A stretch of 64,000 nt of DNA from Gammaproteobacteria bacterium (GCA_050485825.1 JBJHCC010000010.1:23895-87894), one strand, 5' to 3'. Shown: positions 31,326-41,066, numbered from the stretch's first letter. Translations and numbers: made by a program. Notes: generated from the sequence alone by a model not told the origin.

Positions 31326-32462
31326 ATGAGTACTCGTTGGTTGCTGTCTGACTTCGCCAAGAATGTGCGTGGATGGCGTTCGCCGTGCCCGAGAGTCGCC
31401 TTTGCGGTCGATGACTATGCGGCCGTTCGCGTCGCCTCACGCAGCGCCTGGAGCGCACTGCATGACTCGGAGCTGGATGTTTCGCGGCCGATGGATCGGC
31501 TGGATGCCGTCGAGACCCGGGAGGACCTGGAGGCCCTGTATGAGGTGCTCGGATCGGTCGCTGACAGCCGCGGACGTCCTGCCGTATTCACGGCCTATGC
31601 ACTGTCCGCCAACCCGGATTTCGACGCCATCCTTTTGCACGGCGAGCGCTATCAGCATGAATCGGTTGATCAAACCTTTGCCCGTCTTGCCGCAGAGCAA
31701 CCGCAGGCCTACGAAGGGGCCTGGGCGGCCTGGCGGCACGGGATGGATGCAGGCCTGATCAGGCCGCAGTTCCATGGTCGCGAGCACTTCAACGTCGAGT
31801 TGATCGAATGCAAGCTTAAGCGCCGCTCCCCAGATTTGCTGGCCAATCTGGAAAACCGGTCGATGGCGGGTCTGGGCAAGGAGCCGATAATGCCAGGAGT
31901 CGGATTCACGGATGCGTTCGGGCTGAACGATCCGTCGTCGCTGCCGCGACATCGCGCCATTCTTGCGGAGGGACTGGATTTATTCGAGCAGGTTTGGGGC
32001 TTTCGTTCGGCAACCTTTACTCCGCCGGCGATGAAATTGCATCCTTCTCTGTTCGAAGTCGCCGAGCGTGGCGGGGTCAGGTCCATCGACAAGCCGCTGC
32101 GATTCCGTCGCGAATTGGGCAACGGCCGGTATCGAAAGGAGCTGAATCGTAGCGGGCAGCAGCGCGGCCAGAGTCATGTCACTGTGGTGCGTAACGTCGT
32201 GTTCGAACCTTGCCGCGATATGGGGTTTGAGCCGGTCAGTCGTGCCCTGCAGCAAATCTCCGCGGCCTTTTTCTGGGGCCGACCTGCGATCATCAGTTCC
32301 CATCGCGTCAATTTCGGCGGGCATTTGGACCAAAAGAACCGCAAGCGTGGCCTGGGCGCACTGAAGCGTTTGCTGGCAAGCATTGTGAAGCGATGGCCTG
32401 AGGTAGAATTCATCAGCGTTGATCGCCTGGTGCGGGAGATGAGCGTAAGGGCGACTGCGTGA
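31326..32462 (+). CDS. Polysaccharide deacetylase-like protein (paralog B)
   Basis: AVDDY, PQFHGREH, RNVVFEP, SHRVNF shared with 21211-22344. Confidence 0.6.
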   Translation: MSTRWLLSDFAKNVRGWRSPCPRVAFAVDDYAAVRVASRSAWSALHDSELDVSRPMDRLDAVETREDLEALYEVLGSVADSRGRPAVFTAYALSANPDFDAILLHGERYQHESVDQTFARLAAEQPQAYEGAWAAWRHGMDAGLIRPQFHGREHFNVELIECKLKRRSPDLLANLENRSMAGLGKEPIMPGVGFTDAFGLNDPSSLPRHRAILAEGLDLFEQVWGFRSATFTPPAMKLHPSLFEVAERGGVRSIDKPLRFRRELGNGRYRKELNRSGQQRGQSHVTVVRNVVFEPCRDMGFEPVSRALQQISAAFFWGRPAIISSHRVNFGGHLDQKNRKRGLGALKRLLASIVKRWPEVEFISVDRLVREMSVRATA

Positions 32463-33448
32463 AGCGTATTCTTTACCTGGCGTACTACTTTCGTCAAATG
32501 AACTGGCCGCTGCTGCGGCGCTTCATGCGCCACACGCGTGCCCAGACGGGTATGGGAGGGTCGCGCCAGGTGCTTGCTTTCCTCAGCGACTCTCTTCGCT
32601 ACAACATATCGCCGCTGGAATGGTACCAGTTTGGCTTTCCGGGCCTGGATGCCGCCGGGAAGGCCGCTTGGGCCGGTACCGGCACGATGTACGAGTTTCA
32701 GCGTCGGGTCAATCCTCTTTCCGGGCGCGAGATCCTTGCCGACAAGCGCCAGTTCTACAAGGCCTATCGTCAGTTCTGCCGGCACGGACTGTGGTCGCTG
32801 GATGAATTGCAGCGGGACCCGGCGCTGGTCGAGCGCATTCTGTCCGGGCATGAGCGGCTGGTGTTCAAGGACGCTGCCGGCAACTGCGGCGCCAGCGTGC
32901 GCATCGTCGAGACCGGGGTGCTGACTGCATCCGGCCTCACCGGGTGGATGGTTGAGAATGGCTACGACATGGTCGAGAGCCATATCCAACAGCATCCCGC
33001 GCTGCAGGCGCTGTCACCATCAGGTGTAAATACGGTTCGGATCTTCACCCTGCTAGATGATCGGAGCCAGTACCGGGTACTCGGCTGCCGGCTGCGGATT
33101 TCGGTCGACTCTCCGGTCGATAACCTGGCAGCGGGCAATTTGGCCGCCGCCATTGACGAACGAAGCGGTTTGGTCAACGGCCCTGGGGTTTACTCCGACA
33201 TCACCCGAGACCCGGAAACCGTCCATCCGGTCACCGGCGTTGCTATCGAGGGCTTCCAGATTCCGTATTGGAAAGAGACCCTGGAGATGATCGAGCAAGC
33301 GAGTCGCTTGCATCCCCAGAACCGATCGGTGGGATGGGACATTGCCATCACCGCAGACGGCCCGGACCTGATCGAGGGCAACCACGACTGGTGCAAGCTG
33401 GTTTGGCAGCTGCCTATTGGGCAGGGTCTCCGGCACTTGCTTTGTTAA
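32459..33448 (+). CDS. Sugar-transfer-associated ATP-grasp protein
   Basis: DKRQFY, VNTVRIFT, DNLAAG, VGWDIAIT...LIEGN. Confidence 0.85.
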   Translation: MKRILYLAYYFRQMNWPLLRRFMRHTRAQTGMGGSRQVLAFLSDSLRYNISPLEWYQFGFPGLDAAGKAAWAGTGTMYEFQRRVNPLSGREILADKRQFYKAYRQFCRHGLWSLDELQRDPALVERILSGHERLVFKDAAGNCGASVRIVETGVLTASGLTGWMVENGYDMVESHIQQHPALQALSPSGVNTVRIFTLLDDRSQYRVLGCRLRISVDSPVDNLAAGNLAAAIDERSGLVNGPGVYSDITRDPETVHPVTGVAIEGFQIPYWKETLEMIEQASRLHPQNRSVGWDIAITADGPDLIEGNHDWCKLVWQLPIGQGLRHLLC

Positions 33449-33503
33449 GATGAGCTTTCGGCACTTTGGTGCCGATGGAAAGTAACATTGAAGAGATATA
33501 GCG

Positions 33504-34277
33504 ATGACGCATGCTGAGTTCATAAGGAAGATGGTAAGCGAGTTCCTTCGAGATCAAAGTGCTTCGGTGCTCGTCGGCGCGAGCGCCAGAGCAGAAAGGG
33601 AACTCTTCAGCGATTTGGGGTTCGAGAATGTTCACTTCACCGGCATGGACCTCAGAGACGAGGTAAGCAAGAATGCTCCCTCTAGCTTCGAGAATCTTGA
33701 AAGCTTATCTTTTGCGGATGATTCGTTCGACTACGCATTCGTAAAGGATGCAGTTCATCACACGGCCCTGCCTCATAAGGTTCTGACCGAGCTTTTCCGA
33801 GTGAGTAGAAAAGGCTTTTTGGTTTTCGAGGGCAGAGATTCAGCACTGACGAGGCTTGCGTCGACCGCAGGCCTTACTGAAAACTACGAAGTGGCTGGCA
33901 ACCATAAGGGGCATGGTGTAAATGGTTCAGATATTCCGAACTTCATCTTTAGATGGACTGAAAGAGAGGTGTACAAAACCCTAAGGGCGTTTGCTCCTCA
34001 TCTCAATCATCGCGTTTCCTTCCGTTATCACACCAATTATCCAAATGGTCATGGTTTCGGTCGCTTAGGACGAGTTGTTATCCGAGCTCTCTATCCATGC
34101 TTTCGTCTTTTTACCGCACTATTTCCGAAGCAGCAGAATTTGATGGCGTTCTTCGTTGCTAAGCCAAAGATTCCCGAGGATTTGAAGCCGTGGCTGATCG
34201 TCGATCAAGGGAGCGGCGAGCTCATAGTAAACAAGCCTTGGATTAAAAGCCACTACTCTAAGCGCTTATCCAAATAG
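33504..34277 (+). CDS. SAM-dependent methyltransferase (low GC)
   Basis: ENLESLSFADDSFDYAF..DAVHH. Confidence 0.8.
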   Translation: MTHAEFIRKMVSEFLRDQSASVLVGASARAERELFSDLGFENVHFTGMDLRDEVSKNAPSSFENLESLSFADDSFDYAFVKDAVHHTALPHKVLTELFRVSRKGFLVFEGRDSALTRLASTAGLTENYEVAGNHKGHGVNGSDIPNFIFRWTEREVYKTLRAFAPHLNHRVSFRYHTNYPNGHGFGRLGRVVIRALYPCFRLFTALFPKQQNLMAFFVAKPKIPEDLKPWLIVDQGSGELIVNKPWIKSHYSKRLSK

Positions 34278-34381
34278 GGGAGCACGAAAATATGCATCGC
34301 ATGATGGCTGGCCTACTATTGGTTCCGAACAGACCAAAGCGATTTCAGAAAGTCGATTTGTAGACAGTTTAATCTGAGACA

Positions 34382-35011
34382 ATGATCGTCCGTCTTTTGC
34401 TACTGGTTAAACATCGGGTTCCACTGCTTTGGTGTCTCGTGGACTGGTTCAATGGTCGGTTTTTTTGCTTGCTTCATCGCAGGCGGATGGCGAGTGAAGT
34501 TGCCCAAGCCTTTGATGGTGCTTGTTTTGAAGAATTTAGGTTCGCCCCGCTGGCAGTCGAAGATCTCGATGCACTTGAAGCCCTGTTGCAGCGTCAGGGC
34601 GAAGGACGGCTGCGCTACTTCCAGCCGCACGGTTTTGATCGCTCGAGCCTGGGTCGAATGTTCCGCAATCCCGCGTTTCTGATGTTCGGGGCGTTCCGGG
34701 ACGGGGAACTGATTGGCTATTTCTTCCTGCGCTGCTTTTGGAATCGCAAGTGCTTCGTAGGCCGCTTGATTGACGAGCCGCATGAAGGGCAGGGCGTAGG
34801 CCGGGTGATGAACCAGATCATGTACCACATCGCCTGGCGCTCGAGATTTCGCTGCTTGACCACGATTTCCCGTAGCAACGCCGCCATCATGCGTTCGCAC
34901 CGCAATAACCCGCATGCTCGGGTGGTGGGAGATCTGGCCAATGGCTTTCTGCTCGTTGAGTTTGTCGAGCAGCCGGACAGTCGGGATCCAGCCGGTTTGC
35001 TCGGGCAATGA
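34382..35011 (+). CDS. GNAT-family acetyltransferase-like protein
   Basis: GRLIDEPHEGQGVGR acetyl-CoA-binding motif. Confidence 0.65.
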   Translation: MIVRLLLLVKHRVPLLWCLVDWFNGRFFCLLHRRRMASEVAQAFDGACFEEFRFAPLAVEDLDALEALLQRQGEGRLRYFQPHGFDRSSLGRMFRNPAFLMFGAFRDGELIGYFFLRCFWNRKCFVGRLIDEPHEGQGVGRVMNQIMYHIAWRSRFRCLTTISRSNAAIMRSHRNNPHARVVGDLANGFLLVEFVEQPDSRDPAGLLGQ

Positions 35012-36102
35012 AATGGTTTGTTCATATAGGTACTGAAAAGACGGGAAGCTCGCATTTGCAGAGCATCCTGAGCCTGGGCCGGGAGTCGCTTGCTGCCCAA
35101 GGCTTCGCCTTTCCCGCGGGCACGCCCCATGACGAGAGGTGCATGCAGAGCGGCCAGATTTCGGCGGGGAATGGCCGGCGCTTGGCGGCGTCGCTTGGGA
35201 GCCATGACCTGGCGTCCGCACGGGCCGAGATCAGCAATATGCTTGGCCTGGCAAAGCGAGCCCGGCAGGATCGCGTGATTGTCGCAACCGAGTGGTTGTT
35301 GCCAGTACTTGCGGTGCAGGGCGGGCTGAGCCGATTTCTGGGGCTGCTTCGTGAGCAGGGGTCTGATGCGGTGTCCTTGCTGCTGGTCCTGCGTGACCCG
35401 GTCGATCAGTGCCTGTCGCTGTACAAGCATCGGGCGAAGAGCGGCAAGCTGTCTGATATCGGGGAATGGTTGGACAAGGGCTATCGTCTGCCGTCAGAGT
35501 TGACTGGCTTGCGGGAGCAACTGGGCGGCTGCGAGGTGGATCTCCGCGTGCGCCGCTATTCGCGCGAGCCTGGAGCCTTGGAGAAACTTTTTTTCCAAGA
35601 GTGGCTGGGCGTTCAAGTTCCATTGGTGGACTTGCCAGCTACGGTCAATGCCTCGCTCAGCCTGTCCGAACTGGCTCTGATTCATCAGCTTGCGCTCAGC
35701 CGACCGGAGTTGGTTCAGCCGATGTTTGATTCCCTGGCGAGGATGCCTGCTGCTGACAAGGCGCGCCACGCTGGGCTGGAAGAGTATGCTCGGGCAATGG
35801 CAGCTGCAGCGGTCAGCGCCTACGCCGAGGAGTGGGCGGCATGGAACGATCGGCTCCCGGTGAACGAGCGCTTGTCTATTCCGGAGAGGCCAGTGACGCT
35901 GCCTCCGCGACCCAGGGAAGTGGCTTTCAGTGAGGCTCAGCTTGCAAGGATTGCTGCCGTCACCGCCGAGGCGGCTACGCTGAGCGCTCTGAGTCGCTCG
36001 TTCTGGCATTGGCGGCTGCGCCCGGCACTCGGGCGGATTGCTCGGCCATTCAGATCGAGTCGCAATCGGCAGGCCGTCAAGAGTTATGAAAATTCTCGGT
36101 GA
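35008..36102 (+). CDS. Sulfotransferase-like protein
   Basis: VHIGTEKTGSSHLQ; LVLRDPVD. Confidence 0.65.
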   Translation: MKWFVHIGTEKTGSSHLQSILSLGRESLAAQGFAFPAGTPHDERCMQSGQISAGNGRRLAASLGSHDLASARAEISNMLGLAKRARQDRVIVATEWLLPVLAVQGGLSRFLGLLREQGSDAVSLLLVLRDPVDQCLSLYKHRAKSGKLSDIGEWLDKGYRLPSELTGLREQLGGCEVDLRVRRYSREPGALEKLFFQEWLGVQVPLVDLPATVNASLSLSELALIHQLALSRPELVQPMFDSLARMPAADKARHAGLEEYARAMAAAAVSAYAEEWAAWNDRLPVNERLSIPERPVTLPPRPREVAFSEAQLARIAAVTAEAATLSALSRSFWHWRLRPALGRIARPFRSSRNRQAVKSYENSR

Positions 36103-37027
36103 TCAGTACGGTGCTGGCGCAGGCAGCCCGCAGCTGACTGTCCGCTACAAAGGGGACGAGCACGTTATCCGCTGGCCGCAAGCGCCGCTCGTCGCGCAGG
36201 TCCTGCAGGGCGCCTGCGACAATGCTCAGAATCCTCGGCTGCTCGCCGGACGCCAGCGACAGGGTCTGCCCGGCTTCGAGATTGACCTGGCGGATCCGGA
36301 ACTCCGGGCACTCGGCGATGATGCGCTCGCCGACGTCGGAAAAGCGGGGTTGTGGTTCTGGTTCGAAGTCGCTGAAGTCAATCGATTGCAGGCTTTGCTG
36401 GAGATGCAGCTGGCGCGGCCGGCCGTCGAGCCCTGTTCGGCCCCAGTCGTAGACGCGGTAGGTGGTGTCTGAGTTCTGCTGGATCTCGAGAATCAGGTTG
36501 CCCGCGTCGATGGCGTGCAGTCGGCCAGACTGCAGCAGCATGGCCTGACCCGGCTGGACAGGGAAGCGGTGGAGCAGGGGCTCCAGGGTTTCGCTTTCAA
36601 TAGCGCGCTCGAATTGCTGCCGGGTCACGCCGCGACGCAGGCCAACGATCAGCGCCGCATCGTCGACGGTGTCGGCCACGTACCAGCACTCGGTCTTGGG
36701 TTCGCCGCCCAGCTTTTCGGCGACGGCGGCTGGCGGATGCACCTGCAGGCTGAGTCGTTGACTGCAGTCCAGCCATTTGACGAGAACTGGGAAGGGCCTT
36801 TCGGGAACGTATCCGGGGCCCATGATTCTTTCTGGATCGGCCATCAGCAGCTGGCGCAGAGTCTTGCCGCTGCTCCGGTCCACGGACTGGGCTTCCGGAC
36901 GGTCGACGATTTCCCAAGACTCGCCGACCGGGCCGTCAAGCGGAAGTTTTCGGCCCAGGCGCTGGCTTAGGGCTCTGCCGCCCCAGACGCGGGCTTGGTA
37001 GATGGGGTGGAAGCGGAGTAGGGGCAT
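36077..37027 (-). CDS. manA: Type I phosphomannose isomerase (cupin)
   Basis: RVWGG, GESWE, LSLQVHP, KTECWY, HAI, EIQQNSDTTYRVYDW. Confidence 0.9.
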   Translation of the reverse strand: MPLLRFHPIYQARVWGGRALSQRLGRKLPLDGPVGESWEIVDRPEAQSVDRSSGKTLRQLLMADPERIMGPGYVPERPFPVLVKWLDCSQRLSLQVHPPAAVAEKLGGEPKTECWYVADTVDDAALIVGLRRGVTRQQFERAIESETLEPLLHRFPVQPGQAMLLQSGRLHAIDAGNLILEIQQNSDTTYRVYDWGRTGLDGRPRQLHLQQSLQSIDFSDFEPEPQPRFSDVGERIIAECPEFRIRQVNLEAGQTLSLASGEQPRILSIVAGALQDLRDERRLRPADNVLVPFVADSQLRAACASTVLITENFHNS

Positions 37028-37229
37028 GTTGGGAAAGGTTTCAGGTATCAGGGGCCGACTGGTGCCGACGATTGTATGACGAGATCAATGTCAGTCTTGC
37101 ACGGTTATTGGGTGGCCCTGATGTAGAAAACCCTGCGCCTTGAAAGGCAAGGTTTTGGCGGTGGACTTCGCCAGGCTAGGGCTGAAACAATCGCTGAAGT
37201 TCAGTTGGGTCGGGTGGCAGGTCCGTCGC

Positions 37230-37264
37230 TTGACAAGGACAGTTTCCTTGCTAGAGTAAGGAAA
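37230..37264 (+). promoter_or_regulatory. TA promoter with overlapping operator
   Basis: TTGACA (37230), 16 bp, extended -10 TGcTAGAGT; inverted repeat TTTCCTT-N8-AAGGAAA at 37243-37264. Confidence 0.65.
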
Positions 37265-37554
37265 TGGCCAAGATCACCAGCAAACTCCAGGTCACGCTGC
37301 CCAAGCGACTGGCCGAAAAGCACGGGATCGCACCCGGCGACGAGGTGCGCTTTGAGTCGGTCGCCGGGGTGATTCGCATGTTGCCGGGGAGCGCGCCGGC
37401 TGATCTGCTCGCCATGAACGAGCGGCTGCGGCTTTTTGATGAGGCCACCCGAAGAATCGATCAGCGGTCACGCGCACTTTCGGCGATGGCGGCACCGTCG
37501 TCGGATAGGGGCTGGACCCGCGATGAGCTGTATGAACGCGGCGCGCCTGATTGA
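37264..37554 (+). CDS. AbrB/MazE-family antitoxin (VapB-like)
   Basis: KITSKLQVTLPKRLAEKHGIAPGDEVRF. Confidence 0.9.
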   Translation: MAKITSKLQVTLPKRLAEKHGIAPGDEVRFESVAGVIRMLPGSAPADLLAMNERLRLFDEATRRIDQRSRALSAMAAPSSDRGWTRDELYERGAPD

Positions 37555-38014
37555 TACCAACGTGCTGGTGTATCGGTTTGACCCGCGCGATCCGGTCAAG
37601 CAGACAATTGCCACCGAGGTTTTGCGATCCGCTCTGATGGATTGCAGTGCGGTGCTGCCTCATCAGGCCCTGGTGGAGTTCGTGGCGGCAGTGTCGCGGC
37701 CCTGTCGTGATCTATCGGGTCAACCATTGCTGGCGCGGGCAGATGCATTGCTCGAGGCGGAATCCATGACCAGGCAGTTTCCGGTCGTGTACCCCGATTC
37801 CACTGTCCTCGCCACCGCCCTGCGGGGCTGTGCAATCTATCAGCTGTCCTGGTTTGATGCCCATCTCTGGGCTTACGCCGAATGCTTCGGGCTGCCGGAG
37901 ATTCTGTCCGAAGACTTCGAGCATGGTCGGCACTATGGCAGGGTTCGAGTGGTCAATCCTTTTCAGTCGAGTGGCGGTGCTGTTCAGGAATTGCCGGGGT
38001 TGTATTCAGATTAA
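37532..38014 (+). CDS. PIN-domain toxin (VapC-like)
   Basis: LIDTNVLVY, SWFDAHL, ILSEDF. Confidence 0.9.
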   Translation: MNAARLIDTNVLVYRFDPRDPVKQTIATEVLRSALMDCSAVLPHQALVEFVAAVSRPCRDLSGQPLLARADALLEAESMTRQFPVVYPDSTVLATALRGCAIYQLSWFDAHLWAYAECFGLPEILSEDFEHGRHYGRVRVVNPFQSSGGAVQELPGLYSD

Positions 38015-38029
38015 GGCGGGGTGATGGGA

Positions 38030-38090
38030 GGTTTCCGGGTTCGGGGTTCAGGGTTCAGGAAAAGACGGTTTCCGGGTTCCGGTTTCCGGG
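38030..38090 (-). repeat. Heptamer array, reverse orientation
   Basis: ggtttcc gggttcg gggttca gggttca ... ggtttcc gggttcc ggtttcc. Confidence 0.85.
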
Positions 38091-38135
38091 GTGCTGGGGG
38101 TTTGGTTTAGCTGGTTTTTGGGGGAGGGAGTCGGT

Positions 38136-38351
38136 TTGATTCGGGAATTGGTTGGTCTGGTACGAGAGATTTACCAGACGGGTGAGTTTGTGCCCCTGCA
38201 TCGCCCGGTCTTTGCCGGCACCGAGCGCGAGGACCTGATCGCCTGCATAGACTCCAACTTCGTGTCCTCCGTCGGTGAGAAAGTCACCGAGATGGAGCGG
38301 CGGGTGGCCGACTTTGCCGGGGCGCGTTTTGGGGTGGCGGTGGTCGCGTGA
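38136..38351 (+). pseudogene. Truncated 5' copy of the LegC-like aminotransferase
   Basis: TTG start after a GGAG SD; encodes FVPLHRPVFAGTEREDLIACIDSNFVSSVGEKVTEMERRVADFAGARFGVAVV then stops. 38286-38345 is identical to 39779-39838. Confidence 0.92.
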
Positions 38352-38374
38352 TCTGTTACCCGTGTTGCTCATTC

Positions 38375-38403
38375 TAGGCATTACGCCTATTTTTGCATAT
38401 AAT
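38375..38403 (+). promoter_or_regulatory. sigma70-like promoter of the XRE-AbiEii cassette
   Basis: TAGGCA-17 bp-TATAAT. Confidence 0.6.
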
Positions 38404-38434
38404 GAGAAACACTTTTTGAGAACGCTATTACAGC

Positions 38435-38920
38435 ATGCCCGCCAAAATCGAGCGTCTGAACAGTCAGGAGCTTGCCGATCGAGTCGCAGAGATCGCTGCG
38501 AGAATCAAGGCTCGCCGGAAGGCGATGGGAGTCAGTGCCACGGCCGCTGCTGAGGCGGCGGGGATGTCGCGGGTGACGTGGCATCGAATCGAAAGCGGCC
38601 AGACTTCGGTCACCATCGGCGCGTGGTTCAACGCGCTGGCGGTTCTTGGTCTGCGGTTTGATCTTGGAGACCGGTCCTCGCCGGAGGCAAAAGGTGACCC
38701 GTCCGAGTCCGGGGCGTTCCTGCCCGTCAGGATCAGCTTGGGCGATTATCCGCAGCTTGAAGCGCTCGCTTGGCAGATTGCTCCCGGAGAGACACTGAGT
38801 CCGCAAGAAGCCTTGGGCATTTATCGCAGAAATCGGCGCCATTTGGATGAAGCCGACGTTTCTCCCCGCGAACGTGCCCTGATCGATGCGTTGCAAAGTG
38901 TATTTGGGTCGGATGGCTGA
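38435..38920 (+). CDS. XRE-HTH antitoxin
   Basis: RIKARRKAMGVSATAAAEAAGMSRVTWHRIESG HTH; C-terminal DYPQL..LAW domain. Confidence 0.82.
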   Translation: MPAKIERLNSQELADRVAEIAARIKARRKAMGVSATAAAEAAGMSRVTWHRIESGQTSVTIGAWFNALAVLGLRFDLGDRSSPEAKGDPSESGAFLPVRISLGDYPQLEALAWQIAPGETLSPQEALGIYRRNRRHLDEADVSPRERALIDALQSVFGSDG

Positions 38921-39621
38921 TGTTCGAGCGGCCGCACCACCAAAGAATCCAACGCGTACTGGAAAGCCTCGACAGCCGATTGCTGACCGACCATTGCTGC
39001 TACTTTGGCGGAGGAACTGCAATCGTGCTTACCCGCGGCGAGTATCGGGAGTCGCTTGATCTGGATTTCCTGATCTCGAACCTCGACGCCTATCGCGAAT
39101 TGCGTCGGCTGCTGGGGCAGCGCGATGGTTTGGCCGCCCTGTTTCGATCCGGTTCTGAACTGTTTGCACAGTCCCGAGAGGTGCGGTCCGATCAATATGG
39201 AATCCGCACTTGGCTGCTTGTCGATGATGTCCAAGTCAAGTTTGAAATTGTGTTTGAGGCGCGCATCAATCTTGAAGCGCCAGCGGCGAGCGACGCGATC
39301 TGCGACGTCGCAACGCTGACTGGGCTGGATATGGCTGCAAGCAAGCTCTTGGCGAATTCCGATCGCTGGGCCGATGATGGGGTTTTTGGTCGCGACGTGA
39401 TCGATCTGGCCATGCTGGAGCCGACTTTGGGGGAACTGCGGTCGGCTTTACTCAAAGCAGAGACAGCATATGGGGACGCAATTCGTCGCGATCTCGCCAA
39501 GGCTGTTGAGCGGATGCGGTCCCGTCATGGCTGGATGGAGCGCTGCATGAGCAAACTGAAGATTGAGTTGCCCAAGGCTTATTTGTGGGAGCGTATGCGG
39601 CGACTTCGGGTGGATGATTGA
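38920..39621 (+). CDS. AbiEii-family nucleotidyltransferase toxin (type IV TA)
   Basis: YFGGGTAIVL...YRESLDLDF, KLLANSDR..D...RDVID. Confidence 0.87.
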   Translation: MFERPHHQRIQRVLESLDSRLLTDHCCYFGGGTAIVLTRGEYRESLDLDFLISNLDAYRELRRLLGQRDGLAALFRSGSELFAQSREVRSDQYGIRTWLLVDDVQVKFEIVFEARINLEAPAASDAICDVATLTGLDMAASKLLANSDRWADDGVFGRDVIDLAMLEPTLGELRSALLKAETAYGDAIRRDLAKAVERMRSRHGWMERCMSKLKIELPKAYLWERMRRLRVDD

Positions 39622-39622
39622 A

Positions 39623-40765
39623 ATGAGCACGACGGCCGGGTTGATTGCTCTGATCAGAGCGATTTACGGCACAAGCGGATTCGTCCCTTTGCACCGCCCG
39701 GTTTTTGCCGGCAGCGAGCGCGAGGACCTGATCGCCTGCATCGACTCCAACTTCGTCTCTTCGGTCGGCGAGAAGGTGACCGAGATGGAGCGGCGGGTGG
39801 CCGACTTTGCCGGGGCGCGTTTTGGGGTGGCGGTGGTCAACGGCACCAATGGCCTGCAGGTTGCCCTGCGGCTGGTCGGGGTGGGGCGCGACTGCGAGGT
39901 GATCACTCAGGCGCTGAGCTTTGTGGCGACTTGCAATGCCATCGCCTACCTGGGCGCCCATCCGGTGTTTGTTGATGTGGATCGGGCGACGCTGGGGATG
40001 AGTCCGGATGCCTTGCGGGCGTTTCTGGATGAGTTCGGCGATCGGCGCGAAGGTGGCTGCTACAACCGGTCCAGCGGCCGTCGGATCGGGGCTGTCCAGC
40101 CCATGCACAGCTTTGGCCACCCGGTGCGGATCGACGAGATTGCGGCGATCTGCGCCGAGTGGGGCATTCCGCTGGTCGAGGATGCGGCGGAGTCGCTGGG
40201 CAGCTACTTCCAGGGGCGCCACACTGGTACCTTCGGCCGGCTGGGCGTATTCAGCTTCAACGGCAACAAGATCATCACCACCGGCGGCGGCGGGATGATC
40301 GTGACAGATGATGAGGACCTGGCCCGGCAGGCCAAGCACCTGACCACCACGGCCAAGCTGCCGCACGCGTATGAATATGTCCACGACGAGCTGGGCTACA
40401 ACTTCCGCATGCCGAACCTGAACGCGGCGCTGGGATGTGCGCAGATGGAACAGCTGCCGGGCTTTCTGGCCGTCAAGCGCGAGATCGCAGGGCGCTATGC
40501 GGAGTTCTGCGCCGCGCATGGGATCGAGTTCGTGTCCGAGCCCGAGCATGCGCGCTCGAATTACTGGCTGAACGCCATCATCCTCGGCGATCGCGCCGAG
40601 CGCGACGCCTTTTTGAAGACCACCAACGACCAGGGCATCATGACCCGCCCGATCTGGCGACTCCTGAGCGAACTGCCGATGTATGCGGCCTGCCAGCACG
40701 ATGGCCTGGCGATGTCGCGGTGGTTGGAGGATCGGGTGGTGAATTTACCGTCTTCGGTGCCGTGA
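39623..40765 (+). CDS. PLP-dependent sugar aminotransferase (DegT/DnrJ/EryC1/StrS; LegC-like)
   Basis: VEDAAESLG, SFNGNKIITTGGGG, YNFRMPNLNAALG, VNLPSS. Confidence 0.93.
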   Translation: MSTTAGLIALIRAIYGTSGFVPLHRPVFAGSEREDLIACIDSNFVSSVGEKVTEMERRVADFAGARFGVAVVNGTNGLQVALRLVGVGRDCEVITQALSFVATCNAIAYLGAHPVFVDVDRATLGMSPDALRAFLDEFGDRREGGCYNRSSGRRIGAVQPMHSFGHPVRIDEIAAICAEWGIPLVEDAAESLGSYFQGRHTGTFGRLGVFSFNGNKIITTGGGGMIVTDDEDLARQAKHLTTTAKLPHAYEYVHDELGYNFRMPNLNAALGCAQMEQLPGFLAVKREIAGRYAEFCAAHGIEFVSEPEHARSNYWLNAIILGDRAERDAFLKTTNDQGIMTRPIWRLLSELPMYAACQHDGLAMSRWLEDRVVNLPSSVP

Positions 40766-40796
40766 ATCAGGATCAAGCTTCAAGGACTCGGTTTGC

Positions 40797-40998
40797 GTAG
40801 GTCGGCCCCACGCGGCCGACGGACCATGTGTGCCGAGGCCCCAACATCGTCCGTCGGGGACGTGGCCCCGACCTACGGGTGCCAGTCGATGCCCCGCAGA
40901 AAGGGTTGGCCCGGATGCCGTAGGTCGGCCCCACGCGGCCGACGGACCATGTTTGCCGAAGCCCCGCATCCCCCGTCGGGGACGTGGCCCCGACCTAC
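40797..40998. repeat. REP array 1: two inverted REP pairs
   Basis: GTAG-headed palindromes at 40797 and 40920, each followed by an inverted partner ending CTAC. Confidence 0.9.
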
Positions 40999-41066
40999 GG
41001 GTGCCGGGAAGCCACGGATTCAAGGTTCAGGGCTTCGGATTGCGCGGGGGTGGGTCGCGCTCTTTA

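Noticed and set aside
38136-39838. Duplicated legC 5' end as DGR template/variable repeats
   Set aside because: Differences are mostly synonymous, not adenine-restricted, and lie at the N-terminus; no RT gene.
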